A DNA stretch of 64,000 bases from an uncultured Gammaproteobacteria bacterium (GTDB taxonomy: Bacteria > Pseudomonadota > Gammaproteobacteria > Burkholderiales > Usitatibacteraceae), in assembly GCA_963783635.1 (NCBI GenBank), contig CAWAOC010000002.1, positions 28,920 through 92,919 on the forward strand, given 5' to 3'. Below the pieces are notes generated by a model. The model was not told the DNA's origin, searched no databases, and was given only the letters and a program-made list of their open reading frames with translations. Each line of letters starts with the position of its first letter. Within the stretch, counting starts at the first letter, position 1. Of the stretch, positions 8,673-21,832 are shown piece by piece. Made by a program: the position numbers and the translations under genes.

Positions 8673-11462
8673 ATGGTCACCCGGCTTTTCTCCCGCACTC
8701 CCCTTCACGAGCATCCCGAGGCCGCGCAGCGGATCCTGGGCGTGGAGCAACTCCCCCCCGATTCCGCCGAGCTGGCCGCCCTCGTGGCCGCCGATCCGGC
8801 ACCGGAAGTGCGCGCGGCCGCCGCCGCGCGCTGCGCCGATCTCTCCGCGCTCGCGAACGCCTGGGAGAAGGAAGCCGACGCCGGGGTCCGCGACGCGCTG
8901 GCCGCCGCGCTGGGCCGCGTCCTTTCCGGGACGCCCGACGGCGCCGCCGCCCGCGCGTTCCTCGAGTCCTCCGCCTGCAACGACGCCATCCGCGCCGACG
9001 TGGCCCGCCACGCCAAGGACGCCGACCGGCGCCTCGCCGCCATCGCGAGCCTGCGCGACGAGGCGCTCCTCGTCGAGCTGGCGATTTCCGGCGGGACACG
9101 CGGAAACGCGGCTCGCGGCCGCCGAATGCGTGCGCTCCCCGGAGGGGCTGCGCGCCCTGGTCGACGCCGCCCGCAACAAGGACCGCGGGGTGGCGCGCCT
9201 CGCCAAGCAGCGGCTGGAGGCGCAGCAGGACCGCGAGGGGCAGGCGAGCGAAGCCGACGCGATCCTCGCCCAGCTCGAGGCCCTGGCCGGCACGCCCGGC
9301 CCCATCCTCACGGCCGTGGTGGACCTCAATCGCCGCTGGCAGGCGCTGGACATGCGCGAGGACGCCGCCCGCCTCGAGCGCTGCGACGCCGCGCGCCGCG
9401 CGCTGCAGGCGCGCTTCGACCGCGAGCAGGCCGAGCAGGCGGCGCGCGCGAAGTTCGAGCGCCGCGTGAACGACTGGATCGGCGGCGCTGGCCGCACCCG
9501 ACGGCCCGGACGCGCTCGCCGGCCTGCGCGCCGAGCTCGCCGCCCTTCGCGACGAGGCGGCCGCCCTCGGCGACGAAGCCGGCGCGCGAACGCCTCGCGC
9601 AGGCCGGGACGCGCATCGAAGGCTGGGAGCAGGAACTGAAGGCGCTCGCGGGCGCCGAGGCGCTGGTCGTCGAGGCCGAGCGCCTGGCCGCCGACACCTC
9701 CGTGGACAACGCGCAGCTTCCGGAGCGCTGGCAGGCGCTGGACCGCGCGATCCGCACGCCGGCGCTCACGCGCCGCTTCGAGGCGGCGCTGGTGGTGGTC
9801 GAGCAGCGAAGGCTCGCGCAGGCGCAGGTCGCGCGCGAGGAGACGCACGCCGCGCGAAACCGCGTGCACGCCCTGCTGCTCGCGGCGGAGCAGGCGCTCG
9901 CCGCGGGGCAGCTGCACGCGGCGCGCGCCGCGGTGGACGAGATGAAGACGATCAAGGGCGAGGCCGGCGCGCTGCCGAAGCCGACCCAGCAGCGCATGGG
10001 CCGCGTCGGCCAGCAGCTGGGCGAGCTGGAGCGCTGGGAGTCGTTCGGCCAGCAGAGCGCGCGCCTGCAGCTTTGCGAGCGCGCCGAGGCGATCCTCGCG
10101 CAGGGCCTGGACGCCTCCCGCACGGCCGCGGAAGTGAAGAAGCTGCGCGAGGAATGGAAGGCGCTCGACGCGCAGCACGCGGGCGTGCCGCGCTCGCTGT
10201 GGGAGCGCTTCGACGGCGCCTGCGAGAAGGCCTACGCGCCCGCCGCGCGCCATTTCGCGGAGCTGGCGGCGCAGCGCAAGCTCGCGCGCAAGCAGCGCGA
10301 GGACTTCATCGCCGCCGCCGCCGCGCACGCGCCCACGCTGCTCGGCGAATCGCCGGACCCGCGCGCCATCGAGCGATGGCTGCGCGAGACCGACCGCGCC
10401 TGGCGCGAGGGCGAGCTGGGCAGCGTCGATCCGTCCGCGTGGAAGAAGCTCGACGCGCGCCTCAAGGAAGCGCGTCGCCCCGCTGCGCGCCGTGCTGGGC
10501 GAGGCGCGCGAGCAGGCGAAGAGCGGCCGCCTCGCGCTCATCGCCGAGGTCGAGGCGCTGATGCCGCGCGCCATGGATCGCGAGGCGCCCTCGCTGGTGA
10601 AGGCCATCCAGGCGCGCTGGCAGGAGCACGCCAAGGCCCACCCGCTCGCGCAGCGCGACGAGCGCGGGCTGTGGGAGCGGTTCCGCGCCGCCTGCGACGC
10701 CGTGTTCGAGGCCCGCCACGCCAAGCGCAAGGAGGAGGACGGCCGCAAGGTCGAGGGCCGCCGCTCCCTCGAGGAGATCTGCATCCAGCTCGAGCAGCTC
10801 GCGAAGGCGAGCGACAAGGACGAGAAGGACGTGCGCGCGCAGTTTCGCGACCTGCAGGACCGCTGGCGCGCCGGCGCCCGCGGCGCCGACCCGGCGCTGC
10901 GCGCCGCTCGAGGGGCGGTTCCGCAGCGCGGTGAAGGCGGTGGAGGGGGCGCTCTCGGCGCGCGCGCGGACGCGCGAGGCGGCCGTCTGGAAGACGCTCG
11001 CCGCAGAAGGAACTCCTGTGCGAGGCGCTCGAGGCCGCCGTGCTTTCCGGCGGCGACGCCGGCTCGCCCGACGCGGCGCGCGAGCAGTGGGCCGCCCTGC
11101 CCGAGCTGCCGCCGGCCTGGGAGAAGAAGATGCTCGCGAGGCGCGATGCCGCGCTCGCCGCGCTCGCCGACGCCGCTGCGGCCGGCGCCTACCGCCCGCG
11201 CCTCGAGAAGGGCGCGGAGACCCGCCGCGAGGGGCTCCTCGAGCTCGAGATGGCGATGGGGCTCGAGAGCCCCGCGGACCTCCAGCCGCAGCGGCTGGCG
11301 CTGCAGGTGAAGCTCCTCAAGGAGCGCTTCGGGGGTGCCGCCACCGGCCCGGCCACGACCGGCGATCGCCTGCTCGCGTGGTGCGCGCAGCCCGGCGTCG
11401 TCGACGGGCGCGACGGCGAGCGCCGCGACCGCCTGTTCGCCGCGATGGGGCAGGCGCGATAG
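8673..11462 (+). pseudogene. DUF349-domain protein (about 930 codons); about 7 frame breaks
   Basis: Repeated DUF349-type modules are present: RWQALDRAIRTP, EEWKALDAQHAGVPRSLWERFDGACEKAY, ARWQEHAKAHPLAQRDERGLWERFRAACDAVF. The pieces are spread over ORFs 8673, 9130, 10492, 10931 and 11040. Confidence 0.7.
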
Positions 11463-11491
11463 CGTGGTCGAGGGACGAGCCGGTCGATGAA

Positions 11492-12363
11492 ATGATGCTG
11501 GAGCTTCCCAACCCGTTCGGCGGCGAGGGCGGCGTGATCCGCCTCCTCGAGCCGCGGCAGTGCGACCGCGAGGCGATCGTCGATCGCATCCTCGCCGGCA
11601 CGTACCCGAAGCCGTTCGTGATCGAGGACGACGGCGCGCGCGCGCTCTACTTCACGCGCGCCTTCATCCAGAGCGAGATGCGGCTCGCGGACCCGTACGC
11701 GCTCGAGTTCGCCTACACGCGCAAGATGATGGGCTTCCTCCTCTTCCTCCCCGAGCCGCGCGCGATCCTGCAGCTGGGCCTGGGCGGGGGGTCGCTCGCG
11801 AAGTACTGCCACCGCCACTTCGCCGCGGCGAGGATCACGGTCGTCGAGATCGACCCGGACGTCATCGCCTTCCGCGAGCAGTTCCTCGTGCCGCCCGACG
11901 ACGCGCGCCTCCGGGTCGCTGCAGGGCGACGCCGCGCAGTACGTCGCGCAGTGCGAGGACGACCACGACGTCGTCCTCATCGACGCCTTCGACCGCGACG
12001 GGGTCGCCCCGTCCCTCTGCACGCGCGAGTTCTACCGGGACGTGCGGGGACTCCTCGGGCGCAAGGGCGTCATGGTGGCGAACCTCGTGGGCCGGAAGGA
12101 GGAGCGCCTCGCGCACCTCGAGATGATCCGCACCGTCTTCGACGGCAACGTGATCCTGCTTCCCGTCGCCGACGACGGGAACTACGTCGCCTTCGCGTTC
12201 CGCGACCCGGCCTTCGAGCCGCGCTGGCGCTGGATCGACGGCCAGGCGAAGGCGATGCACGCCCGCTACGGGCTCGATTTCCCGACGTTCGCGGGGAAGC
12301 TGGAGCGAAGCCGCAAGCGCGGCACCCTGCGGCGCGAGATGCTCCGCGCCGCCGTCGCGCTGA
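11492..12363 (+). pseudogene. Spermidine-synthase-like class I SAM-dependent methyltransferase; at least 1 frame break, 3' end uncertain
   Basis: ILQLGLGGGSLAKYCHRHF...ITVVEIDPDVIAFREQF and DVVLIDAFDRDGVAPSLCTREFY lie in two frames. Confidence 0.55.
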
Positions 12364-12371
12364 GCCCGGCT

Positions 12372-13986
12372 TCAGCCCTTGTCCGGATCGGCGGCGGTCA
12401 CGAGCTCGCGCTCGTCGAGCTCTTCCTCGATGATGCGCGCGGTCTCGTCGTTGATCTCGTCGGCCTTGAGCAGCTCGAGGAGCCGCGCGCGCTCCGCCGC
12501 GATGCCGACGAGCCGGAGCTGGCGGGCCGCGGCGATCCGCTCGGTGCGCATCGCCGCGGTTTCCGGCGGGCTCTCGCGCAGGTCCACCTTGCCCTGGTAG
12601 CGCCCGAGCAGCGCGCGCGCGAAGGCCTGGTCCTCGTCCTGCTCGAATCGGTCGGCCGCCGGCTTCACCGCGGCGATGGCCGCCTTGGCGAGCTCCACGC
12701 GGGCGTGCGCCTCCTCGCGCGGGCCCTCCGGATCGTCCTTGGCCTGCAGGCGCGGGATGATCCAGGGAAGCGTCAGGCCGTTGAGCCCCAGCGTGAGGAT
12801 GATGGTGGCCGCCGCGAGGAAGACGACCAGGTCGCGCTCCGGGAACGGCGTGCCGGCCTGCGTGAACAGCGGCACCGCGAGCGCGGTGGCGAGCGTGATG
12901 GAGCCCCGCACCGCCGCCCAGCCCACGAGGAACATGCGCCGCGGATCCGGGCCTTCGGCTGCCGCCCGCCCAGCCCCAGCCGAAATAGAACCGCGCGTAG
13001 CCCGACGCCCAGACCCAGCGCGAGGCGCAGGACCATGAGCACCGCCCACAGCGCGATCGCCCAGTACGCCAGGTGCAGGGCGTCGTGGTTGGCCACGCCG
13101 GCGATCATCTGCCGCAACTGCAGGCCGAGCAGCACGAAGACGAGGCCGTTGAAGAACCACGCGATCATCCGCCAGACCTCGCGCGCGTGGCGGCGGCTTT
13201 CCGGGGAGAGCCCCTTCACTTCCTGGCCGCCGGCCCACAGCCCGGAGGCGACCACCGCGAGGATGCCCGAGACGTGCAGGGCTTCCGCCACGAGGTAGGC
13301 CGCGTAGGGGACGAGGACGGTGAGCAGCGTCTGCACGACCGGGTCGTCCTTCTCCATGCGGATGAGGCGCTCGCGGAACTTGCGCCCGAGCCACTCGATC
13401 ATGATGCCGACGCACAGGCCGCCGCCCGGACAGGATGACGAACTGGCCCGTCACCAGGTCCATCGGACGTGTGTCCCGCGGCCAGGGCGGCCGCCACGGC
13501 GAGCTTGAAGGCGACCAGTCCCGTGGCGTCGTTGAGCAGGCTCTCGGCGTTCACGATGTGCGTCACGCGCGCCGGCAGCGGCATGGTGGCCGTCGTGGCC
13601 ACCGTCGCGACGGCGTCGGTCGGCGAGACGATCGCCCCGAGGGTGAACGCGACCGCGAGGGGAATGGACGGGATGAGCCAGTGGATGAAGTAGCCCACCG
13701 CGACGACGGTGAGCACCACGAGGCCGAGCGCCAGCAGCAGCACGGGCTTCAGGACATGCAGCAGGTCGCGCCGCGGCAGCACGCGCGCGTCCGCGAAGAG
13801 CAGCGGGGGAATGAAGAGCAGGAGGAACACCTCCGGGTCGACCTTCACGGCCTGCAGCCCCGGCAGGAACGAGGCGACGGCGCCCACGACCACGAGGAAG
13901 ATCGGCAGGGGCATGCGCGACCAGGGCGCGATGACGCCCCCGACGGCGGTCAGGACGATGACGGGGGCGAGGTCGATGACTTGCAT
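12372..13986 (-). pseudogene. CPA1-family Na+/H+ antiporter; at least 3 frame breaks
   Basis: The start is MQVIDLAPVIVLTAVGG. The TM core contains TLGAIVSPTDAVATVA and NAESLLNDATGLVAFK. A C-terminal cytoplasmic domain ends AADPDKG*. The pieces lie in ORFs 13399..13986, 12773..13402 and 12372..13463. Confidence 0.8.
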
Positions 13987-14076
13987 GGCGGTGGGATCGG
14001 GCAGCGCGCGGGAATCCGCGGCCGAGTGCCATGATCGCCTTCTTCGCCACGGGGGTATTGCGGCAGCGCAAGAAGC

Positions 14077-14104
14077 GGAAAGGCCCGCCGAAGCGGGCCT
14101 TTCC
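14077..14104 (-). terminator. Hairpin GGAAAGGCCCGC-CGAA-GCGGGCCTTTCC downstream of groEL
   Basis: 12-bp stem lying 24 bp after the groEL stop. No clear U-tract follows. Confidence 0.45.
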
Positions 14105-14127
14105 GGTACGCAACGGTACAGCCTGGA

Positions 14128-16103
<1,976 letters not shown>

Positions 16104-16180
16104 TTGTGAACTCCTCGGTTGGTCTGGGTGATTCGGACTGGCTTCCAGGGATGGGATCCCCGGCGCGAATTAGGCGGGCA

Positions 16181-16207
16181 TTAGCACTCACCCGCAGCGA
16201 GTGCTAA
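16181..16207. promoter_or_regulatory. CIRCE operator (HrcA site) TTAGCACTC-N9-GAGTGCTAA
   Basis: Perfect match to the CIRCE consensus in the groES leader. Confidence 0.85.
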
Positions 16208-16235
16208 TAATAGGGCCGGCGCCCGCGAACTTCAA
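16207..16235 (-). promoter_or_regulatory. groESL promoter: TTGAAG-N17-TATTAT (also reads as sigma32-like CTTGAAG-N14-CCCTATTA)
   Basis: On the minus strand the -35 is 16235..16230 and the -10 is 16212..16207. The -10 abuts CIRCE. Confidence 0.5.
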
Positions 16236-16404
16236 GTGCGTGGCTCCCGGAATACCCGATGATAGTGGGCGCTCACAGCACTACTCCCGGGGGGTGCCCC
16301 GCAGGAGGTATTGCCGGCGGGCCGGCCGGTTCGGGCTAGATGGAGGGGCCGCCGCTTCGCGCCCGGGGCAACCGACTCCCCTCCATTCCTCCGGAAGCCA
16401 CCCC

Positions 16405-16962
16405 ATGAAGAAGCCCCTCCTCGCCATCGCCCTCCTGGCCGCCATGCCCGCCTCTGGCCGACGACCTCGCTGCCCGAGGCGCGCCAGGTCGCCAGCGCCG
16501 TCCCGCCCAAGCTCCTCGCCGTCCTCACGGCCGAAATGGCCAAGAGCGGCCCGGAAGGCGCCATCGGCGTCTGCCGCGAACAGGCGCCGCAGATGGCCAA
16601 GGCCGCCTCCGAGCAGACCGGGTGGTCGATCCGCCGCGTGAGCCTCAACAACCGCAACCCGAAGGCCGTTCCCGATGCCTGGGAACGCGCCGTCCTCGAG
16701 GATTTCGACCGCCGCGCCGCCGCCGGCGAGACGCCCGGCGACCCTGGAGAAGGGCGAGGTGGTGACGGAGGAGGGCAGGAAGTCCTACCGCTACATGAAG
16801 GCCCTGCCCACCCAGGCCCTGTGCTCCAGTGCCACGGCGCCCAGGCGAGCCTCTCCGCCGGCCGTGAAGGAGAAGCTCTCGGCCCTCTATCCCCAGGACA
16901 AGGCGATGGGCTACTCGGTCGGGCAGATCCGCGGCGCGATGACGATCAGGAAGCCGCTCTGA
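16405..16962 (+). pseudogene. DUF3365 (Tll0287-like) periplasmic c-type haem protein; several frame breaks
   Basis: Signal peptide MKKPLLAIALLAAMPA is followed by AIGVCREQAPQMAKAASEQTGWSIRRVSLNNRNP and LYPQDKAMGYSVGQIRGAMTIRKPL*. The haem motif CLQCHG is readable only by switching frame at about 16824 and back at about 16855. Confidence 0.6.
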
Positions 16963-17808
16963 TCAGTCGACGCGGGTCTCGGCCACGCCGGACTCCGCTT
17001 CGCGCCAGGTTGAGGTGGTTCTCCGCGAGCGCCAGGAGGCTCGCGGACGACGCCGGGCAGGCTGCCGCCGTAGGTGGCGACGGCGATCGCGAGCTCCGGC
17101 TTGCGAAGGCCCAGGTTCGCCACCAGGGTCCCGCGAAGGCGCTCGACGACGAGCAGGGGCTCGGGCGCCTTGCACTCGACGAGCAGGACCGCGAAGCGCC
17201 TCGGGGCGAGCCGCGCCACCGAGTCGCACTCGCGCACCTGCGACTGCATCGCGCGGGCGGCGGCGGCGAAGTGCCCGCGCCCCTCGGCCTTCGATCTCGC
17301 CCAGGTCGAAGAGGAGCAGCGCGAGCGGCCGGCGATAGCGCTTCGATCGCCGCACCTCCGCCTCGAAGAGCCGGTCGAATTCGCGCCGCGACAGCGCGCC
17401 CGTTTCGCTGTCCACCCGCGCGAGCGCCCGCAGCCCGTCGACGAATGCGCCGGTGGCGCGCCACCAGGTAGCGCCACGAAGAGGAACAGCGCGAAGGTCG
17501 GACAGGATGTCCCAGGCCACCAGCGCCCGCGGGTCGCCGGGCCCCCGCGAGGCGATGGCGACGAAGGCCCAGGCGAGCACCCGGTCGCCGGCGATCGCCG
17601 AAGCCGGCGCGCGCGCCCAGGTATCCACGCCGCCGAGCGCGACGGGGACCAGGTAGAAGAGGTGCAGCGAGATGCCCCGCCCCGCGACGAAGTCGAGCGC
17701 CAGGATCGCCGGCACCAGGGCGACGAGCAGGATCAGCAGGCCGGAGCGCTCGCCGATGGACCAGGGGGAATCGATGCGCAGGTCGTGATCGTGTCGGGTG
17801 AGGGCCAT
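16963..17808 (-). pseudogene. Membrane-anchored GGDEF-like domain protein with degenerate active site; about 2 frame breaks
   Basis: TM-rich N-terminus, then VDSETGALSRREFDRLFEAEVRRSKRYRRPLALLLFDL. The GGDEF position reads SVARLAPRRFAVLLVE (APRRF). Confidence 0.55.
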
Positions 17809-17876
17809 GGCGGGCCGGGAGGGCGGTCGGCCCCATCATCGCAAGCCCTCCCCGCCGGGGCTTGCGGGGCGTCAAG

Positions 17877-18506
17877 TCACGAGCCGGTCGCTCCGGCCGA
17901 ACTGGTAGACGACGCGGCGGGAAGCGCCGGGCTTCGTCGGCGCGGCGAGGATGCGGGCAGGGCGGGTTGCGGTAGCCGCCCTGCTCCAGCGTCGAGGTCC
18001 TCGGCCACCTCCGCCCAGACGCCGCCGCGCACCGGGCGGAACATCCACTGCACGTAGCCCGAGCGCGCCGCCGCGTCGATGAGCTCCTCGCCGTCGGGCA
18101 CCTCGGCCACGATCGGCGGCTGGCCCTCGATGGCGATGGGGAGGTTGCCGAAGGCGCCCATGCACTCCAGCGACTCCTGCGCGCTCGAGCCGGGGCGGAA
18201 GAAGGGCGGCGCCTCGCGGCGGGCAAGGTCCCACGAGCCCAGCTCCCACGCCACGTCGAGCACCGCGTTCTCGAGCTCCTCGAAGCGGTCCCAGCGGTCG
18301 TTCACCTGCAGCGCGGAGCTCGGCACCGGCTGGTAGGCGACGACGTTGGCGTCGGTCACGTCCGCGAGCCGCGTCTCGACGAAGCCGTGCCAGTGCAGCG
18401 TGAGGACGAAGGGCGTGTTGGCGTAGGGCACCGCCGCCACGCTCACGCCCACGAGCGGCAGGCGGTTGGCGATGAGCTGCGTCTCGATGCAGTCGAGCAG
18501 TTGCAT
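17877..18506 (-). CDS. Hypothetical protein (C-terminal end uncertain)
   Basis: ATG at 18506 is preceded by AGGAGGAA. The translation MQLLDCIETQLIANRLPLVGVSVAAVPYANTPFVLTLHWHGF... matches no family I recognise. Confidence 0.45.
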   Translation of the reverse strand: MQLLDCIETQLIANRLPLVGVSVAAVPYANTPFVLTLHWHGFVETRLADVTDANVVAYQPVPSSALQVNDRWDRFEELENAVLDVAWELGSWDLARREAPPFFRPGSSAQESLECMGAFGNLPIAIEGQPPIVAEVPDGEELIDAAARSGYVQWMFRPVRGGVWAEVAEDLDAGAGRLPQPALPASSPRRRSPALPAASSTSSAGATGS

Positions 18507-18709
18507 GGTCCGGTTCCTCCTCGGGTTCGAAAGAAAGGGGCCGCGAAAACCGATCGCCACGGGGCGAAGCCAGTTGCGCGCGCGATTCCTTGTCGCATGG
18601 ATCGCGCGGCGCGTGTTGCTAGCACTCGCGGCGCGGTGGTTGCCAGCAGTTCGCGGCCCCCGGGGGCAGACGGCCCGAGGCGCGATAAAATGCCCCCACA
18701 CGTACCCGA

Positions 18710-19049
18710 GTGAACGGCCATCGCATGCCATTGCTGGGACCGAAGGAAAAGGCCGAGCTGGAGCGGCTGATACTCGACGCGTTCGACGCGTACTGGAACG
18801 CGCACGGCTCGAACGGGCTGCTCGCCCCGGGCATGAGCGTCCTGCTCGACACGACCGGGCCGTCGATCGTCGACGTCGCCCGCCCACGAACGCGCTGGCC
18901 GCGGTGGAAATCCGCACGCTCTTCACGGCGCTCTGCCACCTGTCGGCCGACGGGCCGGGCATCGATGCCGCAAGGACAGCCTCGCCTCGCTCGCCACGGA
19001 AGCCACGAGCTCGCTCGCCACGCAGGTCAACCGCCTCGCGTCCGACTGA
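18710..19049 (+). pseudogene. Small hypothetical protein upstream of bioA; about 2 frame breaks
   Basis: MPLLGPKEKAELERLILDAFDAYWNAHGSNGLLAPGMSVLLDTTGPSIVDV continues in other frames to a TGA at 19047..19049. Confidence 0.3.
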
Positions 19050-19056
19050 CGCCGCC

Positions 19057-20384
19057 GTGGCCAACCGCGACATCGTCGCTCGCAGCCTCGCGGCGGTCTG
19101 GCACCCCTGCACGCAGATGAAGCAGCACGAGCGCTTCCCGCCGGTGCCGGTGGCGCGCGCGAGCGGCGTCTGGCTCGAGGATTTCGAGGGGCACCGCTTC
19201 GTCGACGGCGTGAGCTCCTGGTGGGTGAACCTCTTCGGGCACGCGAACCCCGCGATCAACGCGGCCATCGCCGACCAGATGGACACGCTCGAGCACGCGA
19301 TGCTCGCGGGCTTCACGCACGAGCCGGTGGTCGAGCTCTCCGAGCGCCTCGCGCGGCATCGCCCCGGGCCGGCTCGGCCACGCCTTCTACGCCTCCGACG
19401 GCGCCTCCGCCACGGAGATCGCGATCAAGATGGCCTGCCACTACTGGCTCAATCGCGGCCAGCCCGGGAGGAACCGCATCGTGTACCTCGAGGGCGGCTA
19501 CCACGGCGAGACGCTCGGGGCGCTCTCGGTCACCGACGTGGCGGCCTTCCGCGACGCCTACGCGGCCCTGCTGCGCCGCAACCTCGTCACGCCCTTCCCC
19601 GCGCGCCACGCCGGCAGCAAGGAGTTCCAGTGCGAGAACTGCGCCATCGAGGCCGCGGGCGCGCTCGCGAAGCTGCTCGAGGAGAAGTCGGAGAGCATCG
19701 CGGCCCTCATCCTCGAGCCCATGGTGCAGGGGGCGAGCGGCATGCGCATGTACCACCCGCATTTCCTGCGGCGCGCGCGCGAGCTGTGCGACGACCACGA
19801 CGTGCTCCTCATCGCCGACGAGATCATGACCGGCTTCGGGCGCACGGGCACGATGTTCGCCTGCGAGCAGGCCGGCATCGCCCCGGACCTCCTGTGCCTG
19901 TCGAAGGGCATCACCGGCGGCTACCTGCCGCTTTCCTGCGTGCTCTCGACCGACGAGGTCTACGGCGCCTTCTACGACGACGCGGTCGCGCGCGCCTTCC
20001 TGCACTCGCACTCCTACACGGGCAACCCGCTCGCCTGCCGCGCGGCGTGCGCGGTGCTGGACCTCTTCGACGAGGGGCGGCGTGCTCGAGGCGAACCGCG
20101 AGAAGGCCGCGCGCTTCGACGCGATCGCCGCCCCCCTCGCGCAGCCACCCGGCCGTGCGCGACTGGCGCCGCCTCGGCATGATCTGGGCCTTCGAGGTGG
20201 CACGCGACGACCCCGCGTTCGCGCGGCGCGCCTTCGAGATCGCGATGCGCCACCACGCGCTCGCTGCGCCCCATCGGCAACACCGTCTACTTCATGCCGC
20301 CCTACGTCGACGGACGAGGAGGCCTTCGCGGTCCTCGTGCAGGCCGGCACGGCCATCGCGGACGAGCTCGGCAAGCGCGCATGA
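19057..20384 (+). pseudogene. bioA: Adenosylmethionine-8-amino-7-oxononanoate aminotransferase; about 4 frame breaks
   Basis: VWHPCTQMKQHE...SSWWVNLFGHANP...LEGGYHGETLGALS...LIADEIMTGFGRTG...LSKGITGGYLPLS...HSHSYTGNPLAC. An extra G near 19355 breaks LARIAPGRLGHAFYASDG. Confidence 0.85.
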
Positions 20385-21775
20385 AGCGATTCCTGGCCGC
20401 CCTCCTCCTGCGTGCCCGCGCTCGCGGCCGCCGAACTGCCGGCGCCCGTGCGCGAGGCGCTCGCGAGGGCGGGCGTGCCGGAGTCCGCGGTGGGCGCCGT
20501 CGTCGAGCCCGTGGCGGGCGGCAAGCGCCTCGTCGCGCACCTCGCGGACCGCCCCCTCAATCCCGCCTCGACGATCAAGCTCGTCACCACCTTCGCCGGG
20601 CTGGACCTGCTCGGCCCGGCCTACACCTTCAAGACGGACGTGCTCGTGAAGGGCGAGCTCGCGGGCGGCGTGCTCGCGGGCGACCTGGTCCTCAGGGGCG
20701 GCGGCGACCCGAAGCTCACCTACGACCGCCTGTGGCAGCTCGCGCACCAGCTGCGCGCGCGCGGGCTGCGCGAGATCCGCGGCGACGTGATCCTCGACCG
20801 CTCCTACTTCGCGCCGGCGCCGCACGACCCCGCGAAGTTCGACGGCGAGTCGCGGCGCGCCTACAACGTGGGGCCCGACGCGCTCCTCGTGAACTTCAAG
20901 GCGATCGACTTCCGCTTCGTGCCCGACGGGGCCGGCGTCCGCGTGGTGGGCGAGCCCGACTTCCCGAACGTGGAGATCGCGAGCCGCGTGCAGCTCGCGA
21001 AGGGGCCCTGCAACAACTGGCGCCACGGGCTCAAGGTACGAGATCGACGAGAACGGGCTGCTCGCGACGGTCGCTCTTCTCCGGCACCTATCCGGCCGAC
21101 TGCGGCGAGAAGGCCTGGCCCCTCTCCGTCTTCGACGCCGACCGCTACGCCGAGGCCGCCTTCCGCTGGATCTGGAGCGAGGCGGGCGGGCGCTTCGCGG
21201 GCAAGGTGCGCGCGGGCGCGACCCCGCCGGAAGCCGTGCTCTTCCACCGCTTCGAGTCCGAGCCGCTGGCCTCGCTGGTGCGCGACATCAACAAGTACTC
21301 GAACAACGTGATGGCGCGGCAGCTCTTCCTCACGCTCTCGGCGGAGAAGTCCGGCGCGCCGGGCGAGGCCGCGGCGAGCGCGCGGATCGTCCGCGACTGG
21401 CTCGCGGCGAAGGGCATCGAGGCGCCCGGCCTCGTGATCGAGAACGGCTCCGGGCTCTCGCGCGCCGACCGCATCTCCGCCGGCGCGCTGGCCGCCGTCA
21501 TGCGCGCGGCGTGGGCGGGCCCGGTGATGCCGGAGCTCGTCTCGTCGCTTTCGCTCTTCGCGGTGGACGGGACCTTCAAGACGAAGAACGGCGCCTTCGC
21601 GGGGCAGGCCCACCTGAAGGGCGGCACGCTCACGGGGGTGCAGGCCGTCGCGGGCTTCGTGCTCGACGCGAAGGGCAACCGCTGGGTGGTGGTGATGATC
21701 GTGAACCACGACAACGCCAACCGCGCGCAGGGCGCGCTCGACGCGCTGGTCGACTGGACCTGGCGCAAGCGATGA
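20381..21775 (+). pseudogene. dacB: D-alanyl-D-alanine carboxypeptidase/endopeptidase (PBP4 family); about 2-3 frame breaks
   Basis: The ATG overlaps the bioA stop (ATGA). Family motifs include NPASTIKLVTTFAGLDLLGP (SxxK), VIENGSGLSR and FVLDAKGNRWVVVMIVNH. Confidence 0.85.
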
Positions 21776-21777
21776 CG

Positions 21778-21830
21778 CGGTGTCAGATCACGTCGCTCGG
21801 TGTCAGACGCCGCAGAGTAATCTGACACCG
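21778..21830. repeat. REP-A copy 2 (two CGGTGTCAGA units plus TCTGACACCG; 10-bp stem hairpin 21798..21830)
   Basis: Read directly. It is followed by CTTCAGGCC, which contains the stop codon of the convergent decarboxylase gene, exactly as at copy 1. Confidence 0.65.
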
Positions 21831-21832
21831 CT

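Noticed and set aside
8616-10817. 733-codon ORF antisense to the DUF349 gene, plus other long overlapping ORFs (124..2187, 2477..4852 apart from its 5' end, 16946..18226, 19313..20590 and others)
   Set aside because: They have the same low-complexity Arg/Ala/Gly/Pro composition, and a better-supported gene occupies the opposite strand or another frame.
18620-18627. CIRCE-like half site TAGCACTC in the intergenic region upstream of the bioA-proximal small ORF
   Set aside because: No matching GAGTGCTAA half lies 9 nt away, so this is a half-site only.
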